A stretch of 64,000 bases of DNA from Bispira polyomma. Its lineage: Eukaryota. Shown here piece by piece: positions 37,960 through 50,600 of the stretch. Numbering within the stretch: the first letter of the stretch is position 1; each line of letters starts with the position of its first letter. The stretch lies in the NCBI GenBank assembly GCA_965649765.1, contig OZ287752.1, forward strand, positions 83,266,001 through 83,330,000. Direction: 5' to 3'. The position numbers and the translations under genes are program-made. The notes beneath the pieces are model-generated. The model saw nothing but the letters and a program-made list of their open reading frames with translations, searched no databases and was not told the origin of the DNA.

Positions 37960-40134
37960 TAATAGTTAAATCATGAATAGGCTTTGTGTACTGGATTATG
38001 GGTGTTTGGTACGAAGTTTTAAATTGATTACTTGATTGCAAAAAATAAGAGATAAATACAATTTTGATAGAGAATAGCCTGTTTTAAATAAATATGGACT
38101 TGCTATTTTTATATAATGTAAAACTTGCTTGTCTTTTTATCTTCCAACACATCTCTTATAGGATATACATTGTATTTATCAATTCTTTAAAAAAAAAAAA
38201 AACAAGTACTAGGAAAACACCACCCAAGTATATATTCTCTGTGATGTCCCCCTAATGTAATGCGATAACTAGGAGTACACAAAATTCTGACAGCTTAAAT
38301 GGCAGGGCTGGGTGACAAAATTGAAAGACTCGATCTGTCTGGCGCTTAATAGACTGTGTAATAATATCTAATCGCTGACAAATAGAAGAACCCAAGTACT
38401 TGTCTCATGTTAGTGTTGTTTTTGCATTATCATTATTATTCACACTATGAATTGATAGAAGGTTTTCGATTGAACAGATAGCATTGAGGTGGGAAGAGAT
38501 TAAAGGGCTGTGGTGTCGGCCACCTTTTGAACATTGCACAGACTTTGAGCCAACTCGGCTCCTCGCTGTCACTTGCATTTGGGTGGAGGGACTGTAAGGC
38601 GCACAGGGTTTTTTATTGACACTATGCAAATATTTTGAATTGGTGTGAAACTTTTGTGTAAGCAAGAGGTGGAGTTTGAAACTTTTGTGTAGTTTGTGTG
38701 TGTAGAAAAGAATGGTGTAGTCAATTAAGGTCCTAAAGAGAATGTGTTTTTTATGTAATACTGTAGTGAGATCTCTATTAAAACTATATTATTGTTATAT
38801 TTAGTGGACACGTACATGACCTTCGGTGGTGGTTCATTACTAAGCGACTGCATGTAGCATTTCATTGGTAATAATTATGCACGGGATATAATTGATATTT
38901 TTTGGTATTTGTGTGAATCGATCAGTTTTATCAAGGGGCCGGCTTGATAACGAGCGTATTGTATTTGCCAATAGATCAGTATTTGGCAAACTATACAGAT
39001 GTCAGTTATAACGATAAGGTCAATAAACATGTCATTTCTGTCATTTTGAATTATGTTGACATTATGAGGACCACCAGTTTTGTACAGAGAACCAAGGACT
39101 GTTGAGATGGGTTAAGATGATAAACTTTTAACCGAACAGTGTCAAGTGAGAGAGAGTGGTGGTGCTATGCAGTGTATGGTTAAATACAAGCCCATCCTAG
39201 ATTGGTGACAGGGTGTGTAATAAAACCACAATCTCATCTAGTTGAGCTCCACTTAAAGATGATAGGTGGATAATATAAATGAGAACATTGTAAACTACTG
39301 CACTCTAGATAGAAATGATGGGCTACAGGAAAATTAAACCATTTTGGAAATTTCAAGGAGTTTTCACTAGAATATATTTAGATGGTCACTATTGATCCTT
39401 TGTGGCCAAAATAATAAAACAGATGTTTAATTTTTTAATCATAATAAATTGTCATTATTTAGACTTGTTAAGTTAAAATGGCTAAATCATATCCCAGAGA
39501 ATCTCTCTTAACCTATTTGTAGGTAATCAGTTCCGTTTCCATAAGGTTAGAGCTGATGTTATCCTGTATTTCTATAGCAAGTTGTCTATGCTGATTCTAT
39601 GACTTTCCCTGGTCAGTAATATCTTAATGTTTCCCTGTACCTGATACTTACCGTAAGCTGTCACTTCCCCCCACTCCTGTGGATTACCCCACCATTGGCT
39701 ATCTGGTTGTAGACATTACATGTAACAATGCATAATTATATAACATGAATTACAAATGCATTCTGCTTTCAAACTCCACCCTAAAATTTGGTATATGAAA
39801 TCGGTAATTACTTACTTACTTATCCTTTTTTACTCTATGTGGAGTATAAGGCCTCATCTACAAACTTTCCCCACTCAGAAACTTTTTTCAGATCTTTCAG
39901 CTCATAATGTGGACTGATGTACAGTTCTTCTGCATCTTAGTGCCATTTTGGGAGTTCTTCCACTTTCCATCAGTCCACATTATGGGTTATGGGTTTGTTT
40001 GACAATCTGCAGGATCAAAACAGAGTCTCGTTAATACTCATTTCTGTCATAGGTATACAAAGCTTAAATACACAGGCGTAAAGTTATTTTTACATTGAAA
40101 CATTGTACATTTTATGGTTTGTGTGTTTGTATAG
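37016..40134 (+). other. robo: Phase-0 GT-AG intron of robo (3119 nt) splitting Ig1
   Basis: GTAAGT at 37016 and TAG at 40132-34. Splicing joins HNK|NQKPD in frame. Confidence 0.88.
39808..39862 (-). mobile_element. Probable 3' tail of an RTE-like LINE or a SINE it mobilises
   Basis: Minus strand: gatgaggccttatactccacatagagtaaaaaaggat followed by an (AAGT)n tail, resembling RTE-clade 3' ends. Confidence 0.45.
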
Positions 40135-40231
40135 AACCAGAAGCCAGACATCGGTGTGTATTACTGCAATGCTACCAACACTGAGACTGGTGTGAGTGTC
40201 ATCAGTAGGAACGCTACCTTAAAAATAGCAT
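40135..40231 (+). CDS. robo: Roundabout (Robo) receptor, internal coding exon: C-terminal part of Ig1 (97 nt, phase 0 to phase 1)
   Basis: Not in the ORF track. Acceptor gtttgtatAG (40133-34), donor T|GTGAGT (40232). In frame with the previous exon it reads NQKPDIGVYYCNATNTETGVSVISRNATLKIA. This supplies the D.G.Y.C motif (second Ig cysteine) and the S.NA.L..A end of Robo Ig1. Confidence 0.92.
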
Positions 40232-40324
40232 GTGAGTACAAACAACACCAACAAACACTGCTAACCATTGGTATACAAACTTCTGATATCTGATGTCCAA
40301 ACCTCTGTCCTCTGAATGTAGTAT

Positions 40325-40500
40325 ATGTAGAACCTCTATTTTGCAGACAATTCAGGAGAGTGAGGATTGTTTGGATAATAGAAGGTTTGTAAATTAGAAG
40401 TGGCATTTTAGTATGAAACCTAGCAAAAAATAAGTTTGGGAGAATGAAATTGAGTCCGTAAAATCGAATACAAACATCACAGAACTTGATAGAGTAACTG
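40325..40500 (-). mobile_element. MITE family A copy just downstream of the second robo exon
   Basis: TAGAACCTCTATTTT...ttgtttggataatagaaggttt...aagtttgggagaatgaaattgagt; reverse orientation relative to the 34861 copy. Confidence 0.7.
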
Positions 40501-41415
40501 AAACAAAATTGAGAAGACAAAAAGTAAATAAAACGTTCCAGATTTAAACTATTCTCCCCTATATAAGACCTCTACACTGAGAAGACCACAGATGCCCTTC
40601 TGTTTGATTTATTTATAAAGTTTTTTGTTGGTAGTTGAGGTCAAAGCTTTAGTATTTTCTATAAAACACTGGTTTGGGCCTGTGTGTGAAGTTTCAGTTT
40701 GTTCTAGGAAGTCCCTAATGAGTCCACTGTCTGACATCAGGGGATTAACCTTTCTTTGTACAGTCTCTGCAGAGTCAGAACATTATCAGTTTTTGTCTTA
40801 ACCACTGAAATATTTCACTTGAAAAGCTCTGGTTTTTATATTGCCAGCTGAGTACACTTTTCTCAATATGCAGCGTCTACTCACCTTAAATTCACACTTG
40901 AACTGCGACTTAAATCTAAGTGCTTCCTCTACGTCTGCCTCCAGAATTTAAGATTTTTAAAATAGGATTTCAGCTTTGGATCCAGTATTAAATGCCCTAG
41001 GATTAGAAATTAGTATAGATTCCTCTGCCAATATTTCTAAAATGTTCAAATCCCCCTCTTTTGATTGTAAGTATCAGTTTGTGTTTTGAGTGAATTTTTG
41101 AGAATTTGAGGCCTAATGTAAGAAGGATTTAAGCCCAAAAAACGAGCCAACGTGGTATTAGGCAGATAGCTTTGGTTTTATCCTAATGCCAGAATTAGCT
41201 TGAATAAGATTTAGCATCTATCATCCATTTAAAAAATCAAAAAAATTCAATTGTAAATACAATTTTGTGGCATCTATGAACGTAACATTTAGGTTCTACA
41301 ATGACTTTAACAAGTCTTATTATAATGCCATACATTCGAGATGGACCTAAGTCTTAGTGCTATTATTATCTTAAAGTAAAACTTTACTTTATTTCCTTCA
41401 AACATTCTAAAACTG

Positions 41416-41438
41416 GTGTGTGTGTGTGTGTGTGTGTG
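41416..41438 (+). repeat. (GT)n microsatellite
   Basis: About 11 GT units. Confidence 0.9.
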
Positions 41439-41774
41439 ATAAAAAATAACAAGCAAGTAAAAGTGTGATGAATGTGTTTGTTGGACCTTGTTGTAAGTTG
41501 GTTCTACAACTGTGCAAACAGGCCATGTGTGTGCTTCTTGTACCATACTCTAACCATTAGGTTTAAGGCCCTCTAATCTTTGACTGCATCTATCTACAGT
41601 CTAAGGTGTTTATGGGGGAGGTAAAGTAGATTGGCCCCGCAAAATTGGATATTTAAATAAGTACAAAGAAATTTGATAATAATCTTTGTATATTTGATTT
41701 GATGAACACACTTTTACCCCTCCTAAATGAATGTTTTTTTCCTAGTTTCACACCTAAAATGCTTTCTTCTGTTA

Positions 41775-41839
41775 CATGGACTTGCTATTATCCCAAGTAA
41801 ATATTACTCCCGCAAGATGTTCAGATAATAGAGGTTCTA
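41775..41839 (+). mobile_element. MITE family A fragment
   Basis: ctattatccc...gatgttcagataatagaggttcta. Confidence 0.5.
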
Positions 41840-42382
41840 AGAGCTTGTTATATCTGTATTCTATTGACAAATTTGTCCAACATTGTCTTAACATTATTGC
41901 CTTTTGGAATTTTGAAGTGTATATTGAACCTGAACCTCTTTTTCTCAGGTTAACCAAGTAAGGCTAAAAATCTAGTCAAATAAATACATGTAACTGGCAA
42001 TGCTCGTTATGACTGCTCTGAATTTAACATCTGTGTTAATGGTAATTTAAGTAATAGCCTTTAAAAATTAGTAGAACATTTTGGGCAGGCAGTGAATGAT
42101 TATTGTTCAATTTTGTAAAAGTGCTGACTGATAATAAATCGTATTATTGATGGATGTTGAGATTTTCCGGCTAAGTTGAAAGTTTTGTTTGAATTATACC
42201 TGTCAGAAATACTCCCATCGTCAGTGTCATGTCCAAAACCACTTTAAGGAGTGTATACTGCTAGCCTTGCATAAGGCCCACGTTTGTACCTAGCCCTGCT
42301 AACCAGACTTGTAACGTGTTTCTTGTAAACTAAAGAAACATTTTTTAAATGTTCAAAAGTCATTTTGACTCTACAAAACTTT

Positions 42383-42600
42383 AGTTGGGTTTAATGATGT
42401 TTAAAACAGCTCAGATCATATCAAGACAGCCAGATTTAATGGTGGAAGATCACAGTGCTGGAGCACTGTACAATCACTGACCTACAGGAAGTACCTCACA
42501 AATTTTCCCACCTGAAGAAACAATGGTATTTGAGCTCACATTGTTTGAGAGGCCAGTGATTGTGGAGTGAACACTTCTGACTACTGGACCGCCGTGGCTC
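42383..42600 (-). mobile_element. tRNA-derived SINE copy
   Basis: Colinear with 61940-62137: ggtttaa...aacagc...catatca.ga..gccagatt.aatggtggaa...caaa.tttcccac.tgaag...gaggccag.gattgtg. Confidence 0.75.
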
Positions 42601-43898
42601 TTTTTAAAACTTTAAATCGATTTTTCTGTGGCCATCGATTTTCGAAAGATTTCTTGTCAAGAAATAGTCATCTCTGTATTTATTTAACAAAGTAGTAGAG
42701 ACCAATGAAAAAGACATTGGCGCTTTGGTTTGGCTAATACCCCACTCACCTAGACTTTACCCATGCATTAGCTTCCTGATAAAAAATGGCCATCCAGTAA
42801 TACTCAAAAAAATAAATAATATTTAGTTTTTCAGTGTCGGGAGAAAAGAGGGTTTTTTTGAAAACTTAATGCTGAACATGTCTGAATGAAAGGTCCAGGT
42901 AGTGTGTTTATTAGACAGGACAACAGTGGATGCAAATAACTCCTGTTGGTGGAACTCACAAGTCACAATGGAATTGCAGAGAAACTCTGTCAGATATTTG
43001 GTGTTTATAATAGAATTTGGGAAGGGAATGAGTGATAAAGGTTACTGGTGGTGGTCCGATTCAAGGGAATACCTTAACAGTCAAAGAACATTGATAGAAA
43101 CCTAGTTTTCATCATTAAAAATTATGTAAATAAAAATATGTCAAAGCTGTTTTATACCAGTTCTTGCGTTTAATAGATTTGCTTAAACTAAACAGAATTA
43201 TTGTGCAAGGTTTCAACAGGTAAAAAAATTGACAAGGCAGTTTTAACTTGTTTGAGTAGAATCTTAAACTGATCATGTTTTTTTGAGCAGACAGTTACTA
43301 GTCCCAAGTCAGTTTTGCAGCCAAGGATCATTGGAGACTTGTTGAAATGTCTGGAATGATATGCCACCAACGTGTCACAGATAAAGAGGGAATGCTAGTC
43401 ATTTTTTTTTCACAATAATGTGGAGGTAGTTTGTACACACATCTTGTTTCTATACATACATCTACACCTCATTGTTCTTGTCTAATATTTTTGTGAAGAA
43501 CTGTGTCTACCAGTTGTCCTAACTGGTTACCTTTAAACCCTGAAGTGAACAATGTGTCTGTTGCCAGAAACTCTGTTATAACTGGTTGAGTAGGAAATCA
43601 CAAATTTTGGAAGATATGTGATATATATGTTCATAAAATTGAATGTTCACATAATAGAAGTTTGGCTTGTGTAGGATCTAGTTATCAATATTTTGGACAG
43701 AATACAGGACATAGTTGACTTGTACAATGTCTATTATTACATTTAACTAAAAACACCTTCTCATCAGCTGCTAAAACTGTAGCATTGATATCTTGGAAAA
43801 GTGTCAACAATCAAAAGTGGGATTGGTAGAAAATTGCAAAAAGCTAGGCCCAGGCCATCAGTTGTAGCCACTCCTACACTTTAGTTCATGTCCAGTGT

Positions 43899-44130
43899 GG
43901 CCGTATTAGAAAAAGATCTTAAGCTCAACTCAGACTCAAGCTAAAATCTCTAGTCCCAACATCTCTAGCTAGAGTAAGTTTAAGTTAAATCTGATTGCAT
44001 ATTTGAATTCGGTGCTGATGGCTCTTGTAAAATTAACGGTCACAAGTATAGGTTTATTCCATGTAGAAGGACTTTCCATACATAGAACCTTTATTTGAGT
44101 GGAGTGTGAGTTTGGTTTAAAAATACAGGC
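43899..44130 (+). mobile_element. MITE family E copy
   Basis: ggccgtatt...catatttgaattcgg...ggtcacaagtataggtttattccatgta...aaatacaggc. Confidence 0.62.
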
Positions 44131-44247
44131 TCTGCTCTTTTGTATGAAAACCAGCCAAGTATTTTCAGTCGTCTGTGATAGGTTAGTAGTAGGTAGGTCC
44201 CTGATGGAACAGATTTGATAAAACCAGTAAGTGGTTCTGGTAATGAG

Positions 44248-44475
44248 GTGGAATCCCCTATTATCCAAACAGAGAGAGAGAGAGAGTGAGGTTGTGTTTG
44301 TGTTTGGATAATAAAACACTGATAAAGTAGAAAGGGCCATTGTTCGGTTTCTTTTTGCCTGGTTAGTTATTGTCCTACAATCGTAGGTATAAACCATATG
44401 TAAATCTAAACTTCAGGGTGGGTTAAAAAGGTGAATGTTTGGTTGATAGAAGTTTAGATAAGAAAGGTTACACTG
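44248..44475 (-). mobile_element. MITE family A-related copy containing a (GA)n tract
   Basis: gtggaatcccctattatccaaac...tttggataata...tttagataagaaaggttacactg. Confidence 0.5.
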
Positions 44476-45846
44476 CAGATGACATTTAAAAAGGACAACC
44501 ATTTGACTCGATTAGTTGGACTTGTATGATATTTACTTGAGATTTTAATCTTAACTTTTATGGTATTTGCTAAACATTTCCATCTTTAAACAGAGAACTT
44601 TATTGATTGAATGGATTGTCTATATCTCTTTTCTTTTTGTGAATTCTTCTTTTGTGTTATAAGAGACAGTGTGTTTTGTGTCAAAAGTTCTTAAACCCAT
44701 TTTACTCGACAATTTATTGCTTCCATTTAGACCTTTCTAACTGACTTGAATGTATAGCTTTGCTTTCATAACAACATGTTTGTAGATCTTGTACACAAAG
44801 GTTGCCCCTGTATCTAACGGTACTTTCATTTTGGATATTGCTCAAGTAAAAGGACATAAAGCACATTTCACTGACATTTTTATATTTCTGAGGTCAAAAC
44901 ATACCATTTGAAGTTAATGTTAAAAGTCATGGGCCATTGAAATTTGAAGACTTTAGAAGTGTTAAAAGTTTGTTAGGAAAATTTATTATCTTTGGCAAGG
45001 TTAAATGTGTGTGAGGAGTAAAGAATTAAAAATCTACCAACATATCGGACATTGGCTCTCATAATAATACATAAATCTGAATAAATAGAAGAAAAACAAA
45101 ATAAAATGACACTGTGTGAAAATGGGGAAAGTTTTAGACAGAAATGCTTTGTTATGAAGTTCAACGATAAAGATAATTATGGGATGGTGATTTTAGATGT
45201 GTGGCATGTTTTACCTGCTTTACTGTAATGTAGACCTGAGAAGTGTGGAGACTTGTAGTGGTGGTTTTATAGAGTGTGTTTATTTTGTATATATTTACAG
45301 TAGCCTTTGTTTCCTTGTCTATCCTGGTTTTTTAAAATGTTTTTACATCAGTGATATCAATCTTATCGGGCAGTAACATCGCACAATTTGGACATCCATC
45401 CATCCTGCCCCAGCATCTATCTGGCAAGGACAGAGAGAACCTGTATCAAGAGGTACCATCACAGATCGTGGTCATCAACCTTTGCCTTCTGGTTTAGTTC
45501 ACATTTTTTCAGAAGAGCTACTTTTTCCAAGGATTGTTTTAAAAAGAGGGATCCTCTTATACACAATCTATGTATTAACAGAATAATAAAACTTCAGTGT
45601 TCTCAAAGTATATGAAAGATATCTTTTACATGTGCCATCTGATTAAATTGTGAAATAGTAAGATACCTTAATATATTAAGACATTCTTGATGAGTATATA
45701 CAAGCTAGTCTTACTTATTAATATCATCATGTTTATGATAAAAAAATTACACAAAAAACTTTTAACTCAAATGCATAATAAAAAAATTATCGGATGGTCA
45801 CTTTAATGAGAATGCAGGGATTTCATTTAAAACAGTTAATTTAAAA

Positions 45847-46025
45847 CAGAACCTCTATTTTCCAAAGTTCTATTATCCAAATATTCAATTTGATGAACTT
45901 AGTTCTACTCTCCCAAATTTATGTATTCCTATTGTTTTGTACAGAAATGTATCTTCTGCTTGATGAACCTTCTATTATGCAAACAAAACCTTTCACAACA
46001 TGTTTGGTTAATAGAGGTTTGACTG
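45847..46025 (+). mobile_element. MITE family A copy
   Basis: Closely parallels 408-594: agaacctctattttccaaagttctattatccaaatattcaattt...taatagaggtttgactg|TA. Confidence 0.8.
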
Positions 46026-46319
46026 TATATATATATAGAAAATCAGGAGTGGACTTTTCATAAAAGCTTTGGGACTTATATACCAGGAGAGTGTGTGCTG
46101 TATACTGTATAGATGTATCGGACAAAGTGGGTTAATAAGAATTTATATGTGAAGGAATTGTTGGCTTATTTCTCTCTCTACTATATCCAGAAATGTAGTA
46201 GAAATCTTAACATATCAGGTGTTTCACCTGCTCTGGTAGAGTGCACTCAGAACATGGTACCTGGTGTGTTTGTGTGAGACCTGGGGTGAGCCAAGGTTAG
46301 GACTTCTATGTAATCAGGA

Positions 46320-46577
46320 ACCCTGTATTTTACTAAAGAAACTCTTAAGGTCCACTCGCACTCAAAGACAAATGTGGGCAAATCTGTTTATTGAGTGTAT
46401 GTTGGTAGTAAACCCATACTTGTAATTGTAACCATTTATTTTAATAGAGCTTTCAGCGCTGAATTCAAATATGGACTCGGATGCTACCTATCTTGACTCA
46501 GGCCAGAAGTATGTGGACTTTATTAGGTTTGAGCTCGAGTCTGAGTCGAGTTTGATAAGTTTAGAGAATACGACTCC
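46320..46577 (-). mobile_element. MITE family E copy
   Basis: ccctgtatttt...atacttgt...aaccatttattttaatagagcttt...ctgaattcaaatatgga...gagaatacgac; reverse complement of the 25582 and 43899 internal sequence. Confidence 0.62.
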
Positions 46578-47077
46578 TCACTTCTAGTGCATATAAACCT
46601 GTAACAATATGTGTACTCAAAACTAAGAACCAACCTTAAAGTTGTAAACAAAGTACAAAGGTGTAGTTGCCCTGAACTAAATTAGATTTGGGGAGATTTT
46701 TTCTTTTAACTTTTAATTGCTAGATTGAGCTGTTTGCCTGTATATGTTGTTATTGTACGCATTCAGATGACAGTTCAATATTTTAGAATATATAAATGAT
46801 TGTAGTCAATGACAGTGAACAATAAGGATGTGTACACCAGTAGTAGCTGAGTGTAACGGGCCAGATGTATTACAACAATGGCACATGTTCCAAACTGATA
46901 CTGTCATCACAGATGGTCTCTAAAGACAATATTGTTAGACATACCAAACTCCTGCAGTGCAGAGTCTGGCAGGAACAAGGGTGTTCTGATGTAGAGTTTG
47001 AAACATGAGACTGTTGTATCCAGGATATTGTTAGGGAAGGTTAACAACTGAGGATGGACTGAGTACTGTAGTGATAT

Positions 47078-47210
47078 ATACTGAACCTCTATTATCTGAA
47101 CATCTATCATCTGAATATTAGATTCAATGAACACAGTTTCACTCTTCCAAATTTTCTTATTCTATTCTACCAAACTGCCTCTTCCATTTTATAAAACCTT
47201 CAATTATCTA
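47078..47210 (+). mobile_element. MITE family A copy (3' truncated)
   Basis: gaacctctattatctgaacatctatcatctgaatatt...cctcttccattttataaaaccttcaattatc. Confidence 0.65.
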
Positions 47211-47443
47211 AAAAAAAAAAACACCCAGTATTGTTTGTTGATTCAGATATCATGTGATGCCTAGAGATTAGCACTTGTATATATATTAAAAGTAATCACA
47301 TAGATTTACACCAACATTTATAGAAAGGAAACTTCACCACTTGGTTTCTTAGGACAGCACAATTCTGACTTTGTTGTAAGCATCTTTATATTAAAAATGT
47401 CCTATGCTGTTTTCTGGTCATTTGTAGGTCTCTTAGTGGTATA

Positions 47444-47617
47444 CAGTCAAACCCCTTTAAGTAGAACTGTGTTAACTGAGATTCCCTCTTAAGTAGAAGT
47501 GAATGGGTGGTCCCACCCAGATTGTTTTATTGTAATCTACCCTGTTAAGAGGAAGTCCTGCTTAAGTAGAAGTGTTTCTAATGGTCCCTTGAGGTTCCAC
47601 TTAATAGGGTTCAACTG
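47444..47617 (+). mobile_element. MITE family B copy
   Basis: TA|CAGTCAAACCCCTTTAAGTAGAAC ... GTTCCACTTAATAGGGTTCAACTG|TA. Confidence 0.8.
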
Positions 47618-50600
47618 TATTTACCAATTAGATCAAGTGTCTATACAGGTATTAGTTGTATTAGTAAAAGTTAATGCGCTTAATTAAATGTATTGCATAA
47701 CATCAATAAAACAGCTGTTTCAGGGAAATTTTGCGAACATTCTACATGTTTTCTGAATCCTGTGAACACAGTTATTTCTATGTAATCCATTTCCTGCTTC
47801 TGCTACTGGAGCAGTCCTATGAAATAATACCTTGCAATATTAATACTAGTGGGGAAAAAATCATTTTATGAGCATAACCTTGCTTTATTCTGGCTTTTTG
47901 TGACATCTATTTATTATCAACACATCTCTAAAGAACACTGCCCTTGATCTGAGAAACCCTCTGCAAGGGTAATTCAATTTTCAACCCTATTACTTTGTGT
48001 GAATCACCAGTAATGCTGCTCTGATGTAAGGCCCTTCCTTCCCCATATCCTATTTGTTGCCACAATTAGCCTTTCTCCGAGGCGCAAGTTGTATGATAAT
48101 ATATACACACAATAAAGTGTATGTCATAACTAGTCAAATATCTCTCTGTAACTGAAATCGATAGTTTGGTTGAAATAAGAAGTACTAGGTGTAATTAAGG
48201 TATATGTAGTAGTTACTGATAAGTAGAACCTGACTGTGAGGATACTGGACTTTCTACTTCTACATTTTAAAGTCTAGATGAGTTTTATAGTACTGAATCA
48301 GTAAACATTCGATTTTTTCGAACAGTAAAATAAAGAAATTGAAGAAAAAGTTCAATGTACATGTACCTGTATGTGTTGAATGTTCAAATTTCTAAATTTT
48401 ATAAGGCAATAATATAATATATTTAAGTTTGGTTTTTTTAAATCAGAGCCCACCAGCTATGACTGTATACAATTTATATATTTTTTAGACTTCTGCCTAT
48501 AGAGCTAACCATTGCCTGAAGCAGGTTGTTATTCAAGAATCAGAAAAATAAAGAAAACTCTTTTAGTTTTGTAATAAGATCCAGTCAGGCCAGCAGAGTG
48601 TTCCCCCAGTATATCACTAATAATGGCCTTTATCTAAAGTTTCAGTTGCTAAATTTGAGACTGGTCTTTGCTTCATGTTTCAGATTAATGGCAATGTAGA
48701 AATCTTGTGTTGCGCTAAGTCTTAGTCCTAAACCCAGTTGACAGTCTTGTTGATCAGGGTGTATCAGTCTTAGCCCTAAACGTGTTAGTTGACAGATTTG
48801 TTGATCGGGTGCGGTGGGGGTTGATGAAGTAAGTGCAGATTAATTTCTTGGAGACAAAGAATTGGTTTTGTGCTGTGTCCTGGGTGACAACATGGCAGCT
48901 TTACTCTCACTAAGTGACGGCCTCTCCTTGGTCTTATTAGCCTTCATTTGATGTGCTGTTTCTCCTTAGCTGCAAGATCTTGGCTGATCTTTACAACATT
49001 TCTTATTCTAAAATTGTTTCTGTCTCAGTGACTTCGATTGCTTAAAAGTATTATATTGAAGAATCTAATTGGCTAAGATTTAGAAGTTTTACAAATTTAC
49101 AAAATTTAAAATGGCTTCAATATTTTTCTGGTGAATGAGTTTCTTTTAACACTACTTTTATATATAATATAAACTTAGTTTATGCCAAAAACAAATTAAA
49201 AAATTATACGTGCAACCTTTCAAAAGTTACCAGAATTCGTTCAATTTAGGATTATGGGTTCAACAATTCTGCCTGTGTTAGAGCCCTTATAATATTACAA
49301 AATATCCAAAAAACATTTTGTTTGAGACAGCTAAACAAAGTAAATATCATATGTTAATTAGGCGCTGTGAAGGCAGCTGCTAAGATTTTGACAAGCATTG
49401 CTGTGTTAATAAACTAGAGGGTGATGTTTGACCAACCATATCAAATAGAAATGGAAGGTTGGCTGATGTTTTTACAGAACACATGCATTCACTACTTTCA
49501 CATCTTTTCTTCTCAAGCTTAAACTGAGAGTTTGCATTACAGTATATCCATGTATCATTGGATAACGAAACCAGGAATGTGGGAAAAAGAACCCATTGAA
49601 CCCAACTTATCAATGAGTACAATTCTTTGTCAAGAGTGGGGTTCGTACAATAGTATATGCTTATAGCTTTCTTTTATAAATTTGGGTAAGTTTGATTTGA
49701 ATCTTATCTAAGGTTATGATATCTCTGTTTAAATTGTTGAACCTGTTGGTTTTTTTTTCTGTAGCTGAAGTCCTGCTTGTACATGTATATAGGATATGCA
49801 GTGAGATGCAGTGGGGTGTAGAATAAGCAGAGTGACAAGGAATCAACAATACCTTGCCACAGCCAGTTTGTTCTGAAACTGTATACATTTATGGCTTGAC
49901 TCGTAGCCCCAGTTGTCAAATGTATACTACTCAGTAGGTTTCACCTCGACTGCATTGCTATCAAAGAGACTAGCATTGTTAAAACAGTTGATAGTTTTCC
50001 TCATGTACCATAATTAGGAATCTAGTAATTTTTGGTAATAATTTCCAAGTATTGTCCCTTTTGTGTTCTTGCAGAGAGCTAAAACATTGAAGCTAAAAAA
50101 AATCACTGAGCGAAAACGGAGGTGGTTAAAAAAAATAAAATAAACCAAACTTGTTCAAATTTTGGAAAAAAAACCCCACAAGTAAAACTTGAAGCCAATA
50201 CAATAGATTCTTAAGTTTCCAGACGAGTATCCAGTTTCCTCTTGGGATCTGTATCTCTGGATTGAATCCCTTGTCAGAATAGATTATCAGTGAGACAGAC
50301 AGACCTCTCAATTAACAGCTATTTACATCTGTAGTGGACCTTGTATGTATAGTCACACCCACCAATCATGAGCAGGCCTTAATCAACTGGCCATGTGTTA
50401 CTTCCACAATAACCAAAAACAATAGCCTTGCCAAGGCCTGGTTTGTAGTTGCATATTTAAATGGAAACAGTGTATAAAATCAGACTGAGACTGCCAAATA
50501 ATGGGACGTTAAAATTAAGATTTCAGAAGCTAAATGAACTTCCAAATGTTGGCATTATACATTAAGCTTAAAAAGGGTTTTGAAGTACATATATTTGTGG

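Noticed and set aside
43969-44397. Longest ORF in the track (142 aa) and the other 60-120 aa ORFs
   Set aside because: No recognisable domains or exon structure. Several start at non-ATG codons, overlap MITEs or microsatellites, or are antisense shadows of the Robo exons (36700-36948, 40161-40520).
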